Below, piece after piece: positions 50,145 through 64,000 of a stretch of 64,000 nucleotides of DNA; position 1 is the stretch's first letter, and each line of letters starts with the position of its first letter. The DNA lies in the NCBI GenBank assembly GCA_964016885.1, contig OZ024745.1, positions 19,840,001 through 19,904,000 of the forward strand, given 5' to 3'. The position numbers and the translations under genes were made by a program. The notes beneath the pieces were generated by a model. It did not search any database. It was not told the origin of the DNA and saw only the letters and a program-made list of their open reading frames with translations. The DNA is from Eledone cirrhosa (Eukaryota).

Positions 50145-51750
50145 CATAAACAAATTTAGAGAGAGTCTAAGCATAAGAGGAATCAAATGGTGTGTGCAGG
50201 AGAGGCGATTACGTTGGTATGGACATATGATGCGTATGAAGGATGACAGCTGCATAAAAAAGTGCAGAGTACTAAAAGTCAATGGAAGACCTGGGATGAG
50301 GTGATAAAAGCTAACCTTGCCCAACTGCACCTCTCAAAGGCGATGACACACGACTGTGACCTCTGGCGTCACGCAGTAATACAGAAGACCCGACTTTCCA
50401 CGGGTACAAGCCAAAGCTGAAGCATATAGACAATATGCCCCCACTGTAAAGTGATCGTGTAGGTGTCATGACAAAAAAGCACCCAGTCCACACTGTAAAG
50501 TGGTCATGTAGGCACCACGGTAAAAAAGCACCCAATACTCACTGTAAATGAGGTTGGTGTTAGGAAGGGCATCCAGTTGTAGAAATCAAGCGAAATTCAG
50601 TTTTGTATGAGCAAGACATGGTCACATGACCTGGCATTGCCCACAACAGGACAATCCATCTAACCCATGCTAGCATGGAAGAATGGACATAAAACAGTAA
50701 TGATGATGACATATATATGTGTGGTTGTGTAGGTGTCATGACAGAAAGTGCCTGGTCCACATTGTAAAGTGGTTGTTTTGGTACCACAATAAAGGCACCT
50801 AGTTCATGCTGTGAATGTGGTTGGCATTAAGAAAGACATCCAGCCATAGAAACCAAGCTAGAAACAGTTCTGTGTGAGCAAGACACGGTCATCTGATTTG
50901 GCTTATCACATAACGAAACTTGTTTAACCCATGCCAGCGTCGAAAAATAGATGTTAAATGTGATGCTGATGATAATGATACACTGTGATCATCACCATCA
51001 TCATCATCACCGTTTTACGTCCGTTCTTCCATGATAGCATGGGTTAGACAGGTTGTCCTGTTGTGGGCAGTGTCTGGTCGGCTGACCATGCCTTGCTCAT
51101 ACAGGAACTGATTTTGGCTTGATTTCTACAGCTGGATGCCCTTCCTAACACCAACCTCATTTACAGTGAGTGCTGGGTGCTTTTTCCATGGTGCCTACAC
51201 GTCCATTTTACAGTGTGGACTGGGTGCCTATGTGCCGTGGCACCTCCACAACCACCTTGCAGTGGGAGGGTGTGGGGGCATATTGTCTATATGCTTCAGC
51301 TTGTACCCATGGGAGGTCGGGTACTCTGTATTACTGCGTGACGCCAGGGGTTTAATTGGGTAAGGTCGGCTTTTATCGCCTCATCCCAGGTCTGCCCACT
51401 CCGCGGTTTCCGTTGACTTCTAGTGCTCTGCACCTTTTTATGCAGCTGTCATCCTTCATACGCATCACATGTCCATACCAACACAACCGCCTCTCCTGCA
51501 CACACCATTTGATTCCTCTTATGCTCAGTCTTTCTCTCAATTCATTATGCTTTGTCGTTCGCGTATATTACTATTACACATCCATCGGAGCATGCAGGCT
51601 TCGTTTCTTTCTAATCTACGTAAGTCTTTCACCTTCAGCGCCCAGGTCTCACTACCATGTAACATTGCTGTTCGGATACACGCATCATACAGTCTGCCTT
51701 TCATTTTGAGGGAGAAGCCTTTTGCAGCTAGCAGTGGCAGTAGTTCCCTG
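50145..51750. mobile_element. Cluster of RTE (PHD family) 3' ends: 50145-50710 (+), 50720-50980 (+), 50990-51750 (-)
   Basis: Homology to 8109-8860. Confidence 0.85.
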
Positions 51751-51764
51751 ATATATCTATCTAT

Positions 51765-52065
51765 CATCATTTTACATTCAGTTTTCCATGCTTGCATGGA
51801 TTGGACAGGTCAAGGCAAGGCTATCCCGGTTTCCATGAAGTGAAGTGACTGAGAGTACAAGACTTCCCCCCTGGACAGGACACCAGTCCATTGCAGGGTT
51901 AAACTCCCAGCTACTGCTGGTACTCATTTGCAGCTGAGTATACTGGAACGTGAAATGAAGTGTTTTGTTCAAGAACAGAACACACAACCCAGTCCAGGAA
52001 TCAAACCCATGACATTATGATCATAAGTCCAACACCTTTACCACTAGGCCATGAGCCTCCACTAT
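51765..52065 (-). mobile_element. Older tRNA-derived SINE related to family B
   Basis: Minus strand ggctcatggcctagtggtaa..gggtttgattcctgg..ttcttgaacaaaacacttcatttca. Confidence 0.65.
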
Positions 52066-52449
52066 AGGAACTATGAAGCATGACTAAACCCAGAACCATA
52101 TGGTTTCGGAGCTAACTTCACACATAAAAGTACCCAATCCACCCTGTAAAGAGACATACTGGTACCATGACAAAAAACACACAATCCATCATGTTAGTCA
52201 TGCTAGTGCCATGAAAACATTACTATAAGAGGTTTAAAGCTAGGAAAGGCACCAGGCTATAGAAAACATAGACAAAAACACAATATATGAGCAAGACATA
52301 GTCACCTGATCTGTCTAATCTCATAACGTGACAATCCTTCTAACCCATGCATGGAAAATTGACATTAAGCAGAGATGATTATGATGATTATGATGACATT
52401 TATTATGATGATGCTATAAATTTATACATATACACACATATATATCTTC

Positions 52450-53280
52450 GCTTACTTATTCCTGGTGTGGGAAGTGGGGTCCTCAGTGACATCTTCTATA
52501 GGGTCTTATCAGAAGCAACAATTGAGCTTGTAGATGTTAACCAACCTTCTTGTGATCTACCTCTGGGTCACCTGCCCGTTGGCTTTGCCTGTAAAATCTA
52601 TCCAGCTATGATCTCTCTATTAAGAGAAGTAGTGTATTTACTTGGAATGACTCCCTGATCTCTAAGCTATGCACCTTATCGAGTCTTTGGTGGAACCCCA
52701 TTTCGCTTGCTTGTATTTTCCGACCATATTCTTTCAATCATTACCCAAAATTCATCACCATAAGCCAAAGTAGACATAAACATTGATTTGAAGATTGAGT
52801 TTGCTTTTTACACTTACCTCTCTACTTCTGATAACAGAGTGCAGAAGTTGGTGCATTACTGCACCAGCTCCAGTAATTCTTGCATTAAATCCAGCCTCCT
52901 GCCTTCCATCCTTTTTGAAAATGGAATCCACGATAATCAAATTTCTCCTCCTGCTTCAGTGTACCTCCACACACATCCAGACTGCACAGGTTTTCTCGAT
53001 AGGATAAGTGCCCCAGTCTTCGCAACACTGCTTTTTATTCCTGCAGTGCAGCAATCAGAACCAAACCTAAGCAGTGTATGTTGGAGATTATCTTCCGATG
53101 AGTTAAGTAGTACCATATCATATACAAATTCCAACTGACTGATCCTACACCTGGCAGTCTTGATACCACTTCCAGCCCAGCCATGCATGTCAAGATTATT
53201 AACAAGAGAGGTGACAATATGTATACTTGTGAGTCTGACGCCCACATTGAATGGTTTCGAATTAGTACAATATATCTCAA
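52450..53280 (-). mobile_element. Old degenerate RTE RT relic from a different family
   Basis: LEFVYDMVLLNSSEDNLQHTL..AGIKSSVAKT, a decayed FADD region. Confidence 0.6.
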
Positions 53281-53309
53281 GACACACACACACTCACATA
53301 CATATAGTG

Positions 53310-53532
53310 AAGATGCATGGCTTAGTGGCTACAGAGTTGGATTAACAATCATGAGTTTGTGAGTTTGATTCCCAGGTGAGGTGATGCGTTATGTTCTTGA
53401 GCAAGACACTTTATTTCATGTTGCTCCTTCTGTGAACAGTAGATAGTATGAGTAAATGGAAAGACCATTGCTTCCTTGGTCCAATCTGACGAGTACCCAC
53501 TCCATATGGTAAGTAAATCAGGCTTGGGATCT
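53310..53532 (+). mobile_element. SINE with family B-type head; similar copy at ~47735-47930
   Basis: gcatggcttagtggc..gagtttgattccc..ttcttgagcaagacactttatttcatgttgctcc. Confidence 0.65.
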
Positions 53533-53559
53533 TGCCAATTTGGATCAACTATATATATG

Positions 53560-55256
53560 GCAGGCTAACAAAGAATGTAGGTTTTACTTGTGGCCGGTGC
53601 ACAGGGGAATTAAGTAGCAAGAACCCTCAGGATACAACCACCTTCAGATGCTTAGAGGGCTTGGTTGAAGTGGTAGATAGTTTCCGTTACCTGGGTGACC
53701 AAATAAGTAGTGGAGGAGGGTGTTCTGACAGCACAGTAACCAGAGTGAGATCAGGCTGGGGAAAGTTCAGGGAGCTACTACTGTTACTAACTACAAAAGG
53801 TTTTTCCCTCAAAATGAAAGGCAGACTGTATGATGCATGTATATGAACAACAATGTTGCACAGCAGTGAGATTTGGGCACTGTGTGCTGAGGACCTGCGA
53901 AGATTGGAAAGAAATAAAGCCTCCACACTTCGCTGGATGTGCAATAACAATATGTAAATGGCAAAGTATAAATATATTGCATGAGAACTTAGGCACAAGA
54001 GGGATCAGTTATTGCGTTGGTATGGACATGTGATGCGTATGAAGGATGAGAGCTGTATAATAAGATGCAGCGCGCTTGAAGTTGATGGTAGCCATGGTGT
54101 GGGCAGGCCTAGGATGACTTGGGATGAGGTAATAAAAACTGATCTTGCAAAATTACACTACTCAAAGACAATGACACAGGAACGCGACCTCTGGCGCTAT
54201 GCAGTTTTACAGAAGGCCTGCTCTCTATTATTCTCAGGCTGAGGCTTATACCTAGTAGGTAACACCTTCCTCAACCTTCTCCCATCTCATTCACCTCCTT
54301 TAGCGGTAACCATACCTCCCCTGTCCACAATTTCCCCAATCTTCCTCCCCACTCCATAGACAAAAGTGGCCAGGCCCCACTGTAAAGTGGTTGTGTCGGT
54401 GACATGACAAAAGTGGCCAGGCCCCACTGTAAAGTGATTGTGTCGGTAACATGACGAAGGTGCTCAGTCCACACTGTAAAGTGATTGTGTCGGTGACATG
54501 ACAAAAGTGGCCAGGCCCCACTGTAAAGTGGTTGTGTCGGTGACATGACAAAAGTGGCCAGTCCACACTGTAAAGTGACTGTGTCGGTGACATGACAAAG
54601 GTGCTCAGTCCACACTGTAAAGTGGTTGTGTCGGTGACATGACAAAGGTGCTCAGGCCCCACTGTAAAGTGATTGTGTCGGTGACATGACAAAAGTGGCC
54701 AGGCCCCACTGTAAAGTGATTGCGTCGGTGACATGACAAAAGTGGCCAGTCCACACTGTAAAGTGACTGTGTCGGTAACATGACAAAGGTGCTCAGTCCA
54801 CACTGTAAAGTGGTTGTGTCGGTGACATGACAAAGGTGCTCAGTCCACACTGTAAAGTGACTGTGTCGGTGACATGACAAAGTGGCCAGGCCCCACTGTA
54901 AAGTGACTGTGTCGGTGACATGACAAAGCTGCCCAGTCCACACTGTAAAGTGACTGTGTCGGTGACATGACAAAGGTGCCCAGACCACAGTGTAAAGTGG
55001 TCGTGTAGGTGTCACAACAAAAAGTGCCCAGTCCACACTGTAATGTAGTTGTGTAGGTGACAAGACAGAAAGCACCCAGCACATACTGTCAATGTGGTTG
55101 GCGTTAGGAAGGGCATGCAGCCATAGAAAACTAACCAGAAACACTCCTATATGAGCGAGACACGGTCACCCGACCCAACTTGCCTCTAAATGGGACAAAC
55201 CCGTCTAATCCATGCTAGCGTGGAAGACAGACGTTAATTGATGATGATGATGATGA
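53560..55256 (+). mobile_element. Diverged RTE (PHD family) 3' part with an expanded ~48-bp 3' UTR array (~54360-55080)
   Basis: FTCGRC..FRYLG..GRPRMTW, then ~15 units of cactgtaaagtg.ttgtgtcggtgacatgacaaa. Confidence 0.88.
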
Positions 55257-55285
55257 TATATATATATATACATACAAATATATAT

Positions 55286-55570
55286 ATTCTCAGACCGGGT
55301 GATGTGTTGTTTCCTTGAGCAAGACACTTTATTTCACATTGCTCCAGTTTACTCAGCTGTAGAAATGAGATGATAGGGACTGGGGTCCATATCATTCCAC
55401 TGCAAAGTGGTCGTGGAGGTGCCACGGCAAAAAAGCACCCAGCACTCACTGTAAATGAGGTTGGTGTTAGAAAGGGCATCCAGCTGTAAAAATCAAGCCA
55501 GCATCAGTTCCCGTCCCACCCTTGCAAGCAGGGAAAAAGCGGACGTGAAATGAATGATGATGAAAATGAT
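55286..55570 (+). mobile_element. SINE family B, 5'-truncated
   Basis: Matches 16605-16870. Confidence 0.82.
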
Positions 55571-55806
55571 ATATATATATACACACACACGCATTGAGAG
55601 AGAAAGAAAAGGGGAGGGAACAACGTTGAAAAATGTTTTAATTGCTATTATTTTTGGTTCAAATCCCATCTTAATCAACTTTACCTTTCATTCTTTCGGA
55701 GTCGATTAATTATAGTATCAGTGAAGAACTAGTTTGATTTAATTTAACTCCTCCCCGTAAATATCTTGCTTTTGTGTTCATAATAAAAACAATTGTTATT
55801 ATTATT

Positions 55807-55925
55807 AACTCAAATCCCGCCGATGTTAACTTTGCCTTTCATCCTTATGGGGTTGATAAAATAAAGTACCAGTAATACACTGAGTTATTGCTGGCCTTTG
55901 CCAAAAGTAGAAACAATTATTATTA
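55807..55925 (+). mobile_element. SINE family A, 5'-truncated
   Basis: Family A core and tail. Confidence 0.78.
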
Positions 55926-56149
55926 ACTACACTATGTATATTGAGTACTTTTTCCTTGTTTGTATACACCCACTCACACAGCATCACTCCCTCATTCAAA
56001 CACACATACATGTAAATATGTGTGTGTGTATGTAATATTCATATATGTGTACGGTGTTTGCTTCGTTTAGAAGAGAGGTTGAATGTGAATTACATAGAGT
56101 ATGATATCCGTATAATTATTACAATTCTGTCCATTCGTATATAAAATAT

Positions 56150-56470
56150 GTCTGGCGTTGCCAAAAAAAAAAAAAAAAGGAAACCACACTGAACACACAC
56201 AAAACGTATAAAATTAACAAAATCAAGGCTGCGATCACCGGCACTAAAATGCGGAAGTGATTGAAGTAAAAAAAAAATGTTTATTTTGTTTGGAATAAAA
56301 GGAAATTACTATTCACAAGATTTTATTTAAATAAAAAAAATATAATTCTTCAATATATTTATTTTAAATTTCTGTTATTATATTCAATAATACACAAACA
56401 TTTATACGTATCCCGACTCCCGGCACAATATGGCGGATCCGTTGCACTGATTTCCGGTTATATCTTTACG
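56150..56470 (+). promoter_or_regulatory. Putative housekeeping-type promoter of the CK1-gamma gene
   Basis: Repeat-free, locally CpG-retaining segment with ETS-like gcGGAAgtg (56251), YY1-like caatATGGCGg (56426-56436) and ttTCCGg (56451), ~500 bp upstream of the ATG. Confidence 0.5.
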
Positions 56471-56957
56471 CCTCTTATGTAGAGAATTTCTTCCAAACTT
56501 CTCACTCCATTTTATACTCTAGTTCTATTTTAGACTTATCTACAGCCTTATATTAACTTTCGAAAAATTTGCAGCGAATATATTTGAATTAATGAATTGT
56601 GTGGCTGTCATTTTATCTGTGCGGATTGATATATGTTTAATCATATTAGCCTTCAAACGTAGTTCCCTCCAAGACTAGAGGACAAGTTAATCTCTCACGT
56701 AGGGAGAGTAAGTGCAAAATTATAGGATATTTCGATCTGTTCAGGATGGTGAATTCCCTAGACTTACACTAGCCCAAATGGATGTATTTACTTCATTTTG
56801 GATCATCAAATTTGTCTCTATACGGACCCAAGGGCTAATGTTTTGACAAGCACTGGCGGAATTCGCTTTATTAAAGAAGTTAGACACCAGTGTCTGTATG
56901 CGTGAATGGCTGTCATACGAAATTTTTCTTAAGTGTCTTGTCTTTCATATTGTCATT

Positions 56958-57132
56958 ATGAGTAACCTGCCAAAACAGCACGGACCAGGGGAGGATCAGA
57001 CCAGGCGAGGGACCAAGTCAGGGGTTCGGATGAGACCATCAAGTCAGAGTAATTCCAGTGTTTTGATGGTAGGGCCCAACTTTAGAGTGGGTAAAAAAAT
57101 CGGATGTGGTAACTTCGGGGAACTCCGGCTTG
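56958..57132 (+). CDS. CSNK1G: Casein kinase 1 gamma (gilgamesh-like), first coding exon
   Basis: MSNLPKQHG...[27 protein letters not shown] is the diagnostic CK1-gamma kinase N-terminus. It ends at a canonical phase-1 donor G|GTAAGT. An in-frame upstream ATG at 56898 is possible. Confidence 0.93.
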
Positions 57133-57179
57133 GTAAGTAGTGTTGTTTAAAAATGTAGCCTTACAACGAATAACATAGA

Positions 57180-57470
57180 CAGACACACCATTTATATCCA
57201 GCCTGAAACATACACACACACAGCATTTATATCCAGCCTGAAACATACACACACACAGCATTTATATCCAGCCTGAAACATACATACATACACACACACA
57301 CCATTTATATCCAACCTGAAACATACACACACACACACCATTTACATCCAACCTGAAACATACATAGACACACACACCATTTATATCAGTTCTCATATAT
57401 ACATACACACCATTTATATACAGTCTTACACATACACACACCGTTTATATCCAGTCTTACACACACACAC
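57180..57470. repeat. ~35-40-bp intronic tandem repeat
   Basis: Unit catttatatccagcctgaaacatacacacacac. Confidence 0.85.
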
Positions 57471-57951
57471 ATATTTGTGTGTATATATATATATATATGT
57501 ACATGATTTTCCTTGTTTTATAGATATTCGATCTCTACTCACTTCTGTTTATGGTTACCACTTCTTTCATTACCTATCATATAATAACACAATCAATTGT
57601 TTTATTTTTCTTATTCAGACTTATATTTAAGAATTTTGCTCTATATACGCCTGTCTATATAATGAAAAACCCACCCTAACTACCCAATTATATATATATA
57701 TATATATAAACACCCCAAAAAACTATAGGGTTTTATTTTCAGCTCTCTCTGGACTATATTTAGAGAAAAAAAATTAGTTATGTCTCAGAAATTTAAATGA
57801 ATTAATGTCTTTATTTACTCACCATATTTATTTTTACCTTGTATCTTCGATTCCCACTTTCCGAGTATTAGTATAGAATCTCATCATACAACCAAATACG
57901 TCGCTATTACCAAACCCTTACACACACATACACATACAAGTATATACACAC

Positions 57952-58000
<49 letters not shown>

Positions 58001-58949
58001 ATATGGAAATGGCTTTTACAGTACTAGAACTGTTTCTAGTCCTGTAGAAAGTAATTTCTATATTTAATAGTGAAGCTTACACTCTACTAATGTATTGAGT
58101 ACCTTTTTTAAACTGTGGCTACCGCCCGATTTTAATCGGGATCTACACACACACACACGTGTGTGTGTGTGCCGTTTCTATGTTGTTTTATTTGTTTATT
58201 CAGTTTTCTATTCACATACAATAATATATTTCATTATCCTAACAAATGAATAATTATATTAGCAATGACACTTAGCCTCGTAAAATATATTTTTGTTTTT
58301 GTAAAGGGACAGAATTCAGTAGTACATTGAAAGATCAAACATGATATATTACTGGTATTTATGTGGCCCCACCCCAATCTCTTGTGTAATCATTTGTAAC
58401 TTGTGTGCGCTACTTCCGTGATTTGTTAGCATATATATATTTATATAGTATATATATGTATATTTGCTCTACGGTTCTTATATATCTGATATATATTTAT
58501 CCTTATCGAGCCCTCTGGATTTTAGTCTTCAAATTTATTATTATTACTATATATATATATAGTATATATATATATGTGTGTATGTGTAAGATATGTTGGG
58601 GTTTTGTTCGTGTCACAAAGTCACACCTGCTTCCATAAATTTGAAGAAATGAACAGTTTGTAATGTCCTTAGAGAAACAAGAATAGTTTCTGTGTTTGTT
58701 TCTATAGTTAGTCTCTTGCTATATATACATTTATATACATTATATACACAGGTATTGTGAAATTGGGTCGATTGTTTATATATATTCACTGCAGTGGATA
58801 CACCTCATACACAAACAGTCATGCTATATATATTTATTTATACTCACACACACACTTAGTATTATACTAGTTTATATATACCCAGTAACGATATTGATAT
58901 GTATGTGATGTAGTATACACAGTGCATGTACAATGTGAATTGTAGTGTG

Positions 58950-63431
<4,482 letters not shown>

Positions 63432-63432
<1 letters not shown>

Positions 63433-64000
63433 AACTTTGAATAACTTTGAAATGTTTTGGCCAGTATTGGCCCAGGCCATGTCTAACTTAATAGCACCAC
63501 CTGGCGAAGTCTTTCAATCAGGATTTGGGCACCATGGCACATTCGAGAAGAGAATTACTGTTTGCGGAGACATATCCGGGTGTGGGTGGTTTGTCCGGGA
63601 TTACTTGGAGGAATTTGTCCAAAGACTTCTTGAATTTTGTGTGGTCAGTTTCTGTTTTGACGTGTCCTGGTGTGATGTTGAAGAGAGCAGGGCCGATTGA
63701 GGTGAAATAATTGTGCCGTATTGTTGTTATGAGTTGCGATTTAGATTTTTGAATGGGACGGATAGCACGGGGCCCAAGCCTTGGTGTATCTTGAAGGCGA
63801 TGCCAACATCATTTGGGCAGTGATGATGGAACATTTTCCACATCATGCAGATAATATAACGCTCACGGCGACGTTGGAGTGAGTAAAGTTTCAGGTTTTC
63901 CAATCTTCAGGTTTTCCAATCGACCCCAGTAGTCAAGGTCTGACATGCCATCTATCTTTTTCGTGATTGCCCTTTGAGGAGCTTCAAGTTTCATGATACT
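63432..64000 (-). mobile_element. CR1/L2-group LINE 3' end, running off the window
   Basis: Minus strand reads KLEAPQRAITKKIDGMSDLDYWGRL.., [30 protein letters not shown]. Tail is (ttcaaagtta)2. Confidence 0.82.

Overview
This is eukaryotic, very AT- and microsatellite-rich animal DNA. The repeat content suggests an octopus-like cephalopod, which is an inference. About 56 kb of transposon-dense intergenic sequence precedes the promoter and first coding exon of a casein kinase 1 gamma (gilgamesh/CSNK1G-type) gene at ~56.96 kb, followed by its first intron, which is largely (TA)n satellite. Retroelements include CR1/L2-type LINE relics, a near full-length APE+RT RTE, about a dozen 5'-truncated copies of a second RTE family with a PHD finger inside its RT, an RLE-type LINE end, two Penelope GIY-YIG fragments and two tRNA-derived SINE families. 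DNA elements include maT (DD37D) elements, a hATm-like element, MITEs and non-autonomous Helitrons. The most striking unannotated signal is about 15 type-I minimal hammerhead-ribozyme motifs. Several sit inside non-coding fold-back elements next to (TA)n, and three such elements share a conserved downstream hairpin (ACTCCAG...GAGTGC). Three minisatellites can be traced to short pieces of RTE 3' ends. All alignments and folds were done by eye, and coordinates of degenerate repeats are approximate. Most ORFs in the track are translations of simple repeats.
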